Below, piece by piece: positions 48,175-57,928 of a stretch of 64,000 bases of DNA. Source of the stretch: an uncultured delta proteobacterium (GTDB lineage Bacteria; Myxococcota_A; Polyangia; Polyangiales; B10-G4); the NCBI GenBank assembly GCA_963727445.1, contig CAVSGI010000021.1:1-64000 (forward strand), read 5' to 3'. The position numbers and the translations under genes are program-made. Below the pieces are notes generated by a model. It worked only from the letters and a program-made list of their open reading frames with translations. It searched no databases and was not told the DNA's origin. Every line of letters begins with the position of its first letter. Positions within the stretch are counted from its first letter, which is position 1.

Positions 48175-49203
48175 ATGGGTGAGCCACCGTCAGCGGAGTC
48201 TCGGGATGCGTCCGACCCGCCCGAGCAGAAGCCGCTCCGCCGCGCGGTCCTCGACGCGCTCCTCGGGCTCGTGAAGCTCTTGGGGCTCTTCGTTCCGGAG
48301 ATCGTGGTCGCGGTCCTCGGCCTGATCGTCGGTCTGGTGATCGGCATCGTCGTCGGCGTCGGCGCGACGAGCGAGCTCTTCTCCGGACCTGGGGTGTGGG
48401 CACGCGCCGGGCCGATCGCGCTCATCTTTCCGCTGTTGACCTCGCTCGGCCCACCGCTCCTCGGCGCGCTCCTCGGCCTGGTCATCCCGCCGGCGTTGAT
48501 CCTGCCGCCTCACGCGCTCGTCGTTGGCGTCATCGCGCGCCATGCATACCGCGACCGCTACGTCGTCCTCTGGTCGGTCGCCGCGACGGTGTGGATGCCG
48601 GCGCTCTTCTTCGTCGCCTACGGCGTGCGCGGGGCGCTCGGCACCGCGCTGGTGCTCTCGCCGCTCACAGCGGGCTTCGGCTTCGTCGCGGGGGCGCTGT
48701 TCGTCGCCGTCCGCGGCGTCCTCGACGGACGATCCCTCGGGCAGTTCTGGCGGAACGCGGACGGCTCCATGGTGCTGGCGATGGTGGTGCTGACCGCCTA
48801 CGGCGTGCTCGTCACGTGGCTCGTCTGCGTCCTCTTCTGTCTCCTGCCCACCGTGCCGATCGCGCTCTCGCTGGCGATCGCACTCGCCGCGCGGCTGATC
48901 GCGAAGAAGAACCACGAGGGCCTCGCGATTACGACGCTGATCATCAACACCCTGCACCTCGCGCTGCTCGTCTTCGCGATCGTGGCGATGACTCGGGAGC
49001 GGCCCCCGGCGCGTGACCGTGCTCGGCTAGGGCTGCGGCTCGTCGGGGAAGCGGATTCCGTCGTAATCGGCTGCGCGGAACGGCAGATCCAGGCGCGGCC
49101 TCCGCGCGTGTGTCTTCGCGTAGAGCGGCGGCGGGTCGCGAAAGCGGGTGGGGAAATACGCGACGTGCATGTGGACGGCCATCGCGCGCTCTTCGAAGTG
49201 TGA
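48175..49203 (+). CDS. Polytopic membrane protein (3' end doubtful, overlaps next gene)
   Basis: Many TM segments up to ~48990; 177-nt overlap with the convergent M23 gene. Confidence 0.55.
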   Translation: MGEPPSAESRDASDPPEQKPLRRAVLDALLGLVKLLGLFVPEIVVAVLGLIVGLVIGIVVGVGATSELFSGPGVWARAGPIALIFPLLTSLGPPLLGALLGLVIPPALILPPHALVVGVIARHAYRDRYVVLWSVAATVWMPALFFVAYGVRGALGTALVLSPLTAGFGFVAGALFVAVRGVLDGRSLGQFWRNADGSMVLAMVVLTAYGVLVTWLVCVLFCLLPTVPIALSLAIALAARLIAKKNHEGLAITTLIINTLHLALLVFAIVAMTRERPPARDRARLGLRLVGEADSVVIGCAERQIQARPPRVCLRVERRRVAKAGGEIRDVHVDGHRALFEV

Positions 49204-49995
49204 AAGCGACGACAGGTGCGCGCGGGTGTCAGGGTGAATGCACGCGTCGATCGCCGCGCCCACGGCGCGCTCGTCCCAGTCTGCCGGTGGCACTTCCTCG
49301 GCGCGCGCATCGCGGTCGCTTCCGCCATGAGGCCTCGGATCGTTGTCCGTCATCCACAGCGAGACCACGCCGTCGTGAGCGAAGGGATCGACGTAGGCGC
49401 CGTCGAGCCAAACGTTGAAATGCACGTGGGGGATTCCGAAGGGGAAGGTCACGAAGCCGTCGATGCCGCTGTAGCCGGACAGAGCGATGGGCTGACCGCG
49501 GTGCACCACGTCCCCGACCCGGACCAGTGCCCGGGCGAGGTGGTTGTAGCTAGTGGCGAGCCCCTCGCCGTGGTCGACGAAAACCTTGAGCCCGCCTCGG
49601 TTGAACTCGCTCGAGACGCGCAAGACGCGCCCCGGGGCCGCCGCGACCACCTCGGTCCCTACCGGCGTCACCAGATCGGTGCCGTTGTGGCTGTCGTAGG
49701 TGAGGCGCTTGCCGCGAAAGTCGCGCACCCGTGTGACGCGCACGCTCCACCCCTCTTCGGGAGGAGGCTGCTCGTGGTTGAAGAGGTTCGAGATCGGGAC
49801 GCGGCGGCCGTAGAGCCGCTGTCCGGCCCAGACCCGGTAGCCCGGCAGGCGGGTGAGCTGCTCGATGGCGGTGAGGTCGAACTTCGAGGGTGGCGTCGCC
49901 GGGTCTCCCCGCAGAACGACCCGCGCTTCGGCGAGGCGCTGCCAGAGCGGGCTGAGCCCGAAGATCTCGGTGACGCGGAGACGAGGGTGGGACAC
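49027..49995 (-). CDS. M23-family peptidase
   Basis: YDSHNGTD, AAAPGRV, YNHL, PHVHF. Confidence 0.88.
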   Translation of the reverse strand: MSHPRLRVTEIFGLSPLWQRLAEARVVLRGDPATPPSKFDLTAIEQLTRLPGYRVWAGQRLYGRRVPISNLFNHEQPPPEEGWSVRVTRVRDFRGKRLTYDSHNGTDLVTPVGTEVVAAAPGRVLRVSSEFNRGGLKVFVDHGEGLATSYNHLARALVRVGDVVHRGQPIALSGYSGIDGFVTFPFGIPHVHFNVWLDGAYVDPFAHDGVVSLWMTDNDPRPHGGSDRDARAEEVPPADWDERAVGAAIDACIHPDTRAHLSSLSHFEERAMAVHMHVAYFPTRFRDPPPLYAKTHARRPRLDLPFRAADYDGIRFPDEPQP

Positions 49996-50039
49996 GGGAT
50001 GACCCTAGCGCCGGTGTCGCAGGAGCGCGAGAGCGAGGA

Positions 50040-51742
50040 CGCCGAGCGCGGCAGCGCCCGGGCCGGTCACCGCTGCAGCGACGAGAACGACGAAGTCGCC
50101 CTGCGTTCGGCTCACCGGCCCAGGGAGAACCGACCCGCTGCCCACGAGGTGGCCCGCGCGCTCGGCAGCCTCGAATCCGCGCGCGGCTCCGAAACGAGGT
50201 CGCGTCGGCCATCTCTCGCGCAGGAGCAGCGCGTGGTGTGCATCGTCCTGGCTGGCGGGGCGGAGGCGAACGCCGCCGGGCTCGAGTCGACGCTCTCGGG
50301 CGACAGCGTGCACCGCCTCGCCGATGGCTCGCACCTGATGAGCCGCTTTCATCGCGCCCGCCGCCGAAGAAGGGCCGGGGGCGTACTTCTTTCGCCACGC
50401 ACTCGTGCGCGACGCGGCCTACCTCCTGATCCCGGACGAGGAACGCCTCCTCGCCCACGCTGCTGCCGGCTCCCACCTCGAAGGGCGGGGCTGTGACGCC
50501 GCGATCGTCGCCGACCACTTCGAACGAGGCGGATCCCTCGATGCGGCGGCGCGCGCCTATCGAACGGCAGCGGAGCAGGCATTTCTGGCCAACGACCTCG
50601 AGGGCGCCAGCGAGCACGCGAAGCGCGCACTCGACTACGAGAAGGACGACGAGACCCGCGGGGCGATCGAATTGGTGGTCGCGGAGGTCGAGAGTTGGCG
50701 TGCAGGGCCTGCCGAGGCTCGCCGGGCGGCCGAACGAGCGGTAGTGCTTCTGCGACCCGGCACTGGAAGGTGGCTCACGGCGGTGGGCCTCGTCGTCACC
50801 GCCGCGGGCCAGCAGGGCGACAACGACGAAGTCGAGCGCTGGCTCGAGCGCGTGCTCGAGATCACGCCCGACCGAGGGGCCGGCGCGGAGCTCGTGATGT
50901 GTCTCTCCCGCGCCTACTCGCAGATCATCTGGGACGAGCGTCGCGCCATCGCCGAGCGTGCGCTCGCGAGGATCGAGGACGTGGCCGCGGCTGAGCCTCT
51001 GAGCGGGCACGTCCGAGCGAGAGTCCACTTCGCGCGGGCTTACGATCATCTGAGCCGCGCCGAAATGGACAGTTGCGTCGCGGAGCTGCGAAAGCGCGCG
51101 GAGCTCCACGAAGCGACCGGGTCCGAGACCGAACGGATTCACGCGGAGCTGCTCGAGTGCCTCTTCAAAGGGTTCAGCGGTCTCGCCGAGGAAGGACTCG
51201 AGGCCATGACCGGCTGCCTCGAAGACGCGGAGCGGCTTCGATCCGATTATCTCGTGGGATGGGTGCGCTTCGAGCAAGCAGGGCTCAACGCGATCATCGG
51301 CAACGTCTCCGAGAGCCGGAGGATTCTCGTAGAGGTGCCAGAAGACATGAAAGCGTCACCGCTCTTCGCCGCCGCGGTCGTCACCTGGCTCAGCTTCTAC
51401 GCGGTCATGAGCGGGGACGTCGCGGAGGTGGAGCGTCTGCTGGCGGGCATCCGCGGCCGGCGACTCAGCCCTCGCTACCAGGTGGCGGTAGGGTCGCTCG
51501 AGGCGTGGATTGCGCTGAAGCTAGGCGAGAGAGCCGAGGCGGTGAAGCACCTCGACCGCGCGGTCGCCATCATCGAGGGGACGGATCCCGTCTTCGGAGA
51601 CACCCACCTCGCGATGTGGCCAATCGTGGCCCCCCATGCGCTCTTGGTTCGCACGCCAGGTCCCGGCCATGACCAGCATTGGGAGCCGGGCCTGGGTTCC
51701 ATCAGAAGTTGGCCAACCCCCCCGCCCGGGTTTTTTAGTTGA
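50040..51742 (+). pseudogene. Remnant of a large NTPase-TPR signalling protein
   Basis: YFFRHALVRDAAY..., HFERGG and helical repeats from 50384; only scraps of upstream domains. Confidence 0.65.
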
Positions 51743-51764
51743 TGCTAACGTAAGGAAAGGCTAA
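51735..51764. promoter_or_regulatory. Candidate operator for the ArsR-SRPBCC regulator
   Basis: TTAG-N6-CTAA followed by TAAG-N6-CTAA just upstream of the start. Confidence 0.45.
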
Positions 51765-51773
51765 AACACCTGG

Positions 51774-52565
51774 GTGGAACTCGTCTTGAAGGCCCTATGT
51801 GAGGCAAAGCGCCGAGAAATACTGATGATGGTCCACAAACGGGAGCTCTCGGCGGGAGCTATCTCTGAACGCTTTCACGTCACTCGTTCGGCCATATCCC
51901 AACACCTGACGATCCTGAAGCAGGCGGGTCTCGTCGCCGAGCGGCGGCAGGGGACGCGCCGCATCTACAGCTCGATTCCCCAGGCTCTAACCGGAGTTCG
52001 TTGCTACCTCGATGCCTTCCGAGCGACCGAGCGCCTCATATCAGATGAACGAATCTCCGTGGAACGCGCGGTTCAACTCGATGCGCGACGCGAAACGATC
52101 TGGGACTTCCTGGTCGATCCAAGCCTAGCGACGCAATGGATGGGACAGAGCGCCTCTTTCGACCTCCGTGTCGGGGGGCGTTACCAGGTCGAGGTACTTC
52201 CCGGGCTTGTTGCCGCGGGAGAGTTTCTCGAGATCGATCGACCGAACCAGCTAGTTCACTCCTGGGGTTGGCGGCTGGACGGCGGTCCTGTGCCCCCAGG
52301 CTCGACCACGGTCGTCTACGAACTGCAAGACGAAGGCGAAGCGACGCACCTACGCCTCTGCCACCGCGACTTGCCCAGTCTAGCCACTGCTGGCTCGCAC
52401 TCGCGCGGCTGGGCGCACTATCTGCCGCGGCTCGCCGCCGCGGCCAGCGGCGAGCCGAGCCCAGATCCGTGGGTCTCAGACCCGGCGCAAATGCAACTGG
52501 AGCTGCAGCCGACATCGGGAACTTCGACGGCATTCGCTGTCCAGCAGAATGGAGAAAGAGAATGA
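51774..52565 (+). CDS. ArsR HTH + SRPBCC/AHSA1 fusion regulator
   Basis: RREIL...SAISQHLTILKQAGLV..RRQG; WDFLVDP..QWMG, GWAHYL. Confidence 0.88.
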   Translation: MELVLKALCEAKRREILMMVHKRELSAGAISERFHVTRSAISQHLTILKQAGLVAERRQGTRRIYSSIPQALTGVRCYLDAFRATERLISDERISVERAVQLDARRETIWDFLVDPSLATQWMGQSASFDLRVGGRYQVEVLPGLVAAGEFLEIDRPNQLVHSWGWRLDGGPVPPGSTTVVYELQDEGEATHLRLCHRDLPSLATAGSHSRGWAHYLPRLAAAASGEPSPDPWVSDPAQMQLELQPTSGTSTAFAVQQNGERE

Positions 52566-52927
52566 CGCCCAAAGAGGTCCTCCAAGCGTACTTCGACACC
52601 CTCTCGAAGCGCGGCGAGTGGCAACGCTTCTTCGCCGACGATATCGTCTTCACCAGCCACGCCAGTCAGGGCAAACGAGTTCGGGGAAAGGACGCATGCT
52701 TGGAAGCCACGCGGGGCTTCTATTCGATGATCGAAAGCGTCGACCTCCAGGAGCTCTTCGTCGATGGTGAACGTGCGTGTGCGCTAACGCGATACCACCT
52801 GCGGCCACCGCACGGCGAGTCATTCAGCTCCGACGTCGCCGAGGTTTTCACGGTCTCAGCCGACAAAATCGGCTCGTTCCAAATCTACTTCGACAGCGCG
52901 CCATATCCCTCGCCGGTGGGGAAATGA
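52562..52927 (+). CDS. SnoaL/NTF2-like protein
   Basis: FADDIVF..., QIYFDS; ATGA overlap. Confidence 0.8.
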   Translation: MTPKEVLQAYFDTLSKRGEWQRFFADDIVFTSHASQGKRVRGKDACLEATRGFYSMIESVDLQELFVDGERACALTRYHLRPPHGESFSSDVAEVFTVSADKIGSFQIYFDSAPYPSPVGK

Positions 52928-53256
52928 GCTTCGATGCCAGGCTCGCAACGAGAGTCCGTGAGATGCTGGCAGATGTCGACGACAGCGTCGTGGAGAAGAA
53001 GATGTTTGGCGGCCTCTGCTTCATGGTAGGTGGAAAAATGTGCTGCGGCGTCCTCGGGGATGATCTGATCGTCCGCGTGGGGCCTCAGCAGTACGAAGAA
53101 GCGCTGGCAAAGCCGCACGCGCGGGCCTTCGACTTCACGGGTCGGGTATCAAGAGGAATGGTCTACGTCGGCCCCACGGGAACCCGAAATGGCGCCGCCC
53201 TGCGTCACTGGATCGGCAGGGGCTTGGCGCTCGTCCAATCGGTCTCAGACAAGTGA
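52924..53256 (+). CDS. TfoX N-terminal domain protein
   Basis: EKKMFGGLCFMVGGKMCCGV; ATGA overlap. Confidence 0.85.
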   Translation: MSFDARLATRVREMLADVDDSVVEKKMFGGLCFMVGGKMCCGVLGDDLIVRVGPQQYEEALAKPHARAFDFTGRVSRGMVYVGPTGTRNGAALRHWIGRGLALVQSVSDK

Positions 53257-53393
53257 GCACTCCGTTCCGACGAGCCGTTGTGTAGACCGTTGGCTGGCAA
53301 GTTTCGAGCTGACCGGGCGACTCGGCGGCGCACACATCCTGCGGGCGTTGCGTGTGGGTCGACACCGGTACGTCCCGACGGTACACGTCGGCG

Positions 53394-54053
53394 ATGGAGA
53401 TCTATCTCGTGCGTCACGGGCAGAGCATCGCGAACGTGGACCCTTCGGTCTACGCGACCACCGCCGACCATGCAGTGCCATTGTCGGAGCTCGGCAGAGA
53501 GCAGGCGCGGGAGGCCGGTGAGTTCCTGCGCGAGCGCTTCGCCTCGCGTGGCTACCAGGACCGACGGGTGCGCCTGTGGACGAGCCCCTACCTCCGAACG
53601 CGCGAGACCGCGGACGGAATCGCCACAGCCTGTGGCTCCCTCATCACGGATCGGCGTGAGGACATCCTGCTCTGCGAGCAGCAGTTCGGGCTCTTCGACG
53701 GGGTACCGGACGCGGATCTCCCCCGACTCTTTCCGCAAGAGCACGCGCACTACCAGAAGCACGAGCGCCACGAGGGGCGATTCTGGGCGCGCATGCCCCT
53801 CGGGGAGTCGCGCTTCGACGTCGCACTTCGGATTCGACTCTTCTTCGGGACGATTCAACGCGACGCCGAAAAGAACGATCTGCACACGGTGGTGGTGGTC
53901 TGCCATGGAGTGACCCTCCGCGCGTTCGTGATGAGCTGGCTCCATCTCACGCCGGAGTGGTTCGAGGACGAGCCCAACCCGGCGAACTGCGCCATCCGAT
54001 TGATCGAGGACAACGTAGATGGGGGATACGTGCACCGATCCGGGCTCGCGTGA
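53394..54053 (+). CDS. Histidine phosphatase (phosphoglycerate mutase-like)
   Basis: LVRHGQS, SPYLRTRET, GES, VCHG. Confidence 0.9.
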   Translation: MEIYLVRHGQSIANVDPSVYATTADHAVPLSELGREQAREAGEFLRERFASRGYQDRRVRLWTSPYLRTRETADGIATACGSLITDRREDILLCEQQFGLFDGVPDADLPRLFPQEHAHYQKHERHEGRFWARMPLGESRFDVALRIRLFFGTIQRDAEKNDLHTVVVVCHGVTLRAFVMSWLHLTPEWFEDEPNPANCAIRLIEDNVDGGYVHRSGLA

Positions 54054-54100
54054 CGCGCTCCGAAGGTGGGCGGTGAACGACGGGCCTGAGCGAGCGCCTT

Positions 54101-54136
54101 CTCAGGTTTCCAGCCTCCACGGAAGCCAACGCTTTC
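54101..54136 (-). repeat. R1 terminal remnant
   Basis: CTCAGGTTTCCAGCCTCCACGGAAGCCAACGCTTTC versus copy F. Confidence 0.75.
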
Positions 54137-54248
54137 AGGAGCTCGTCGCTCGACAGGAAGAAGCCGCTGCAACGAGCGTGCCCCATTCGCCACCGGACCC
54201 GTTGGCCCAGTCCGTGCTCCTCGGGTTCAGTGCAGAAGGCTCACCATC

Positions 54249-54668
54249 ATGAACGAAACCATCTATTCCCCACGCCGCACCGTGCTCCGTCGCGCTGTTC
54301 GCTTCGCATGCCTGCTCGACGTCGAAGGCGTCGGCCTCGTCGAGGGCGTCGCAACCGACCTGTCGCTTCATGGGCTGTGGATCGCCGTCCAGGAGCCGCT
54401 CGAAGTCGGGGTGCTGGTGACGGCCCGCGTCGTTCTTCCCCGGACCGGACACGTGATCCACATCGCGGGGGAGATTGCACGCGTCGACGCGACTCCCTTC
54501 GGGTTCGGTATGGGCGTGCGTTTTCGGCACATCCCCTCTTCGGACATGGTGGCGCTCGACGCTGTGCTGCGTGGCCTTCCGCCGAGGCTGCCCGGCGACC
54601 GCCGCGCAACGCTGGTGGAGCGGGTCGTCGACGTCGGCGATGGCGACGAAGACGTGGTCTTCGGCTGA
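54249..54668 (+). CDS. PilZ-domain protein
   Basis: RRTVLR, DLSLHG, GMGVRF. Confidence 0.8.
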   Translation: MNETIYSPRRTVLRRAVRFACLLDVEGVGLVEGVATDLSLHGLWIAVQEPLEVGVLVTARVVLPRTGHVIHIAGEIARVDATPFGFGMGVRFRHIPSSDMVALDAVLRGLPPRLPGDRRATLVERVVDVGDGDEDVVFG

Positions 54669-54848
54669 GCGACGAGCTCAGCTCAGCGGGGAACTTCCCA
54701 CGGCTGCTGTGGAATCTTTCGCGTTCGCTCGCGAAGTCGACAGCGACCGTTCACGGCGACGAGGGCTCACGACGAGCAGTTGCGACCCGCAACGCCGGTG
54801 GTCTGCTTCATGCAACCCCACGTCACCGAGACCTGAAAGGGGTGTGAG

Positions 54849-55109
54849 ATGTCGATTGTCGCGTGGATAGTCTTGGGTATCGGCTCGGGGTTCATCGCCA
54901 GCATGCTGGTGGGAGGTGGCGGAAAGGGACTCGCCATCGACTTGGTGCTGGGCGTGGTCGGTGCGTTCGTGGGAGGCCTGGCCTTTCATCTCATCGGTCA
55001 GGTTGGAGTGACGGGCTTCAACCTCTGGAGCGTCTTCGTGGCGGTCATGGGTTCGGTCCTCGTATTGCTCGCCTATCACGCGCTTGCGGGGCGACCCGCG
55101 CGCACCTGA
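54849..55109 (+). CDS. GlsB/YeaQ/YmgE membrane protein
   Basis: WIVLG..GFIAS...LGVVGAFVGG..GFNLWS. Confidence 0.88.
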   Translation: MSIVAWIVLGIGSGFIASMLVGGGGKGLAIDLVLGVVGAFVGGLAFHLIGQVGVTGFNLWSVFVAVMGSVLVLLAYHALAGRPART

Positions 55110-55295
55110 GCGATCTCCCCATCGACGGCCGCGAGCGCACGTCGAAATTTCCCCTGCCGTGGGGGAATTTCTTCCGCCGTCGGCACGCAGACGGGTCGGC
55201 AGCGACGTGGGTGATCTGGAATCGCTTCGTCTTGCCGTCCGAACCCGCCGCGTCGGTCCCGGGCACGGTGCGTGCAGCGGTCGGGTGGTGACGCC

Positions 55296-55751
55296 ATGCA
55301 CATCCCCTCCCTCCCCCAGCCAGCATCCAAACCCGCCCCGCTCACGAAGTATCGGCCGCACATCGTCGTAGCGGAGGACGATCGGGAGCTGCGGAGCCTC
55401 CTCTCGGACGTCCTCACCGCCGACGGTTACGCGGTCGTGGCGGTGGGCAGCGGCCTCGCGCTCCTCGAGGAGCTCCGCGTCGCTCGCATGAACGAAGCGC
55501 CGCCGGCGCTCTTGATCTCGGACATACGAATACCCGCTCCCAGTGGGCTCGCCGTCCTGCGCACGCTGCGGGCCTGGGGTTGGATGATTCCCGCGATCGT
55601 CTTGAGTGGATTCGCCGACGAAGCCACCCGATTGGAGGCCATGAGAGCGGGCGCTACCTGCTTGCTCCGCAAGCCTTTCGACCTCGACGACCTGCGTGCC
55701 GCAGTCCTGCTCCTGCTACCACCGGCCGCTCCCTTCTTGTCTGCTCGCTGA
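55296..55751 (+). CDS. Single-domain response regulator
   Basis: VAEDD, ISDIRIP, LSGF, KPF. Confidence 0.88.
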   Translation: MHIPSLPQPASKPAPLTKYRPHIVVAEDDRELRSLLSDVLTADGYAVVAVGSGLALLEELRVARMNEAPPALLISDIRIPAPSGLAVLRTLRAWGWMIPAIVLSGFADEATRLEAMRAGATCLLRKPFDLDDLRAAVLLLLPPAAPFLSAR

Positions 55752-55793
55752 CGCGGGCGGAGATCGAAGGCGTGGAGCGCGTGCCTGAGAGGC

Positions 55794-56768
55794 TCAACCT
55801 CTCGCCGGCTCGAAGAAGCGCAGCGATGCTGGGTCCATGAAGGCGACGATCTCCGCGATCCGATCGCCGGCGAGCGTCAGGACGTGAACGCCCAGGAGGG
55901 CGCCGTCGGGGCCGCGGATCGCGACGGAGGGCGCGGCGTTGGCGCGCGTGGGCTCGGCGGTGAAGCGACCCGCCGCGTCCGGCGTGAGGACGTAGCGTCC
56001 GAGCCACTCGCCGATGTCGTCTCGGCCCTCGTACCAGGAGGGGACGGGCGGCATGGAGAGCTGGGCGTCGTCGCGCAAGAGCTGGACGAGCGTGCCCACG
56101 TCGGCGCTCACGAAGGCGCTCACGTAGGCGCGCACCACATCCATCTCGGCGGATCCCGCTGGCTCCGGGGGTGGCGCGCTGCCCAGCGTCGCGCGCGCGC
56201 GTTGCAGGAGGCTGTTCACCGCGGGGACCGACGTCTCGAGGAGCGCCGCGATCTCCGTGGCGCTCGATCCGACGACGTCTTTCAACAGCAGCGCGGCGCG
56301 CTGCTTCGGGGGCAGGCGCTGGAGCGCCTGCAAAAAAGCGAAGCCCACGGTCTGCCGCTGCGACAGCGCCGCGTCGGGCAATGCCGTCTCCGTGGGAAGG
56401 AGCGCGTCAGGGTATGGCTCGAGCCAGAGCACTTCGGTCGAAGGCGGCGCCGCGGGCGCGTCTGGCCGAGCGGAGGGACCGAGCGCGACGGGCAGCGTCC
56501 GCGACTTCTCGCGCCGCAGGGTGTCGAGGGCCGCGTTGGTCGCGATGCGGTAGATCCAGCCGCGAAACGACGAGCGCTCTTCGAAGCGGCCGAGGCCCTT
56601 CCACGCGCGCAGCATCGCTTCTTGGACGATGTCTTCCGCCTCCGACACCGATCCGCACATCCTGTAGCAGTGGGCGAGGAGGCCGCGGCGGTGGGGATCG
56701 ACGAGGTGCCGAAATGCCGCCTCGTCCCCCGCACGCGCCGCCTCCAAGCTCGTCTGCTCCGCGCTCAC
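55794..56768 (-). CDS. ECF sigma factor with C-terminal SnoaL domain (SigG-like)
   Basis: HCYRMCGS..EAEDIVQE..LRAW, WLEPYPD, VNSLLQRAR, SMPP. Confidence 0.9.
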   Translation of the reverse strand: MSAEQTSLEAARAGDEAAFRHLVDPHRRGLLAHCYRMCGSVSEAEDIVQEAMLRAWKGLGRFEERSSFRGWIYRIATNAALDTLRREKSRTLPVALGPSARPDAPAAPPSTEVLWLEPYPDALLPTETALPDAALSQRQTVGFAFLQALQRLPPKQRAALLLKDVVGSSATEIAALLETSVPAVNSLLQRARATLGSAPPPEPAGSAEMDVVRAYVSAFVSADVGTLVQLLRDDAQLSMPPVPSWYEGRDDIGEWLGRYVLTPDAAGRFTAEPTRANAAPSVAIRGPDGALLGVHVLTLAGDRIAEIVAFMDPASLRFFEPARG

Positions 56769-56857
56769 GACCCGACCCTGGGCCCCGCCGAGCGGAGTGT
56801 CAACATGCCGAATTTGGGGACCTTTTCGCAATCTCCACGACAAAGTACACCATGGAC

Positions 56858-56884
56858 CGATGAGTTTCGCCGGCCACGCTCGTC
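56858..56884 (+). promoter_or_regulatory. Candidate SigG-type promoter for the divergent operon
   Basis: CGATGA-N18-GTC. Confidence 0.55.
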
Positions 56885-56920
56885 TTCGATGATGAGCACC
56901 CCACGAAAAGGAGCCCACGG

Positions 56921-57373
56921 ATGAACCCGCTCACCGACAACCCCGCCATGCAGCTCTACTTCGCGTCCACGGTCGTGTTGGGCCTGAACCTGCTGGTCCT
57001 CGCCAACAACACCGCGCTCTCGCGCGCGAAGGCAACCGAGGTCGTCAACCCGGAGGACAAGAAGCTCAACCCCAAGGCCGACGTGGTCTTCGAGGGCGGT
57101 AACGATCTCACGTTCCGCTACCGCCGAGCCCATCGAAACGCCCTCGAGAACATCCCGCTCTTCCTGATCACGGGCTACCTGCTCGCCCTGACGCCCATCC
57201 CCTTCGCCGCTCTGGCAACCCTGTTCGGGATCTTCGTCGCCGCCCGAATCAGTCACAGCATCTGCTATCTGAAAGGCCTGCAGCCATTCCGCACGGCGAG
57301 CTTCGCCATCGGCGCCCTCGTGCAGCTCGGCATGCTGGGCTACCTCGGCTATCAGGTCGCGATCAGCGTTTGA
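56921..57373 (+). CDS. MAPEG-family protein
   Basis: NPED, RRAHRNALENIP, ARISHS. Confidence 0.88.
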   Translation: MNPLTDNPAMQLYFASTVVLGLNLLVLANNTALSRAKATEVVNPEDKKLNPKADVVFEGGNDLTFRYRRAHRNALENIPLFLITGYLLALTPIPFAALATLFGIFVAARISHSICYLKGLQPFRTASFAIGALVQLGMLGYLGYQVAISV

Positions 57374-57385
57374 GAGGAGGCGGAT

Positions 57386-57796
57386 ATGAGTGAAGAAGAC
57401 ACCATCGAGATGAGCTGGATCGTCGCGGCCCCGGCCGACGAGGTCTACGACTGCTGGCTGAGCAGCGACGGACATGCGGCCATGACCGGCGGCGCCGCCG
57501 AGGTCGACGGAAGCGAGGGCGGTAGGTTCACCGCGTGGGACGGCTACATCGAGGGCGCGACGGAGAAGCTCGAGCCGAAGCGTAGGATCGTTCAGACGTG
57601 GCGCACGGCGGAGTTCGCCGACGACGCGCCCGACTCCCGCATCGACGTGCGGCTGCGCGAGCACGAGGGCCAGACTCAGGTCATGTTGCGCCAGACGGGC
57701 CTCCGCCCCGGCGACGGCGCCAAGTACACGACCGGTTGGTACGAACACTACCTACAGCCGATGGTCGCGTACTTCGCCGAGGAGAAAGACGGCTGA
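57386..57796 (+). CDS. SRPBCC/AHSA1-like protein
   Basis: GGRFTAWDGYIEG, RIVQTWR, GWYEHY. Confidence 0.88.
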   Translation: MSEEDTIEMSWIVAAPADEVYDCWLSSDGHAAMTGGAAEVDGSEGGRFTAWDGYIEGATEKLEPKRRIVQTWRTAEFADDAPDSRIDVRLREHEGQTQVMLRQTGLRPGDGAKYTTGWYEHYLQPMVAYFAEEKDG

Positions 57797-57928
57797 GTCG
57801 CGCGTTGGCTCCGAGCGAGAGGAAGAGCTGGCTTTGATCCGGGAGGAGCCCGTGCTGCCACGACCGACTCAGACCTTCCTTTCCTATGGGCCAAGACCCC
57901 TTCAGTGGTATCCCGGTACCCAGGAACC

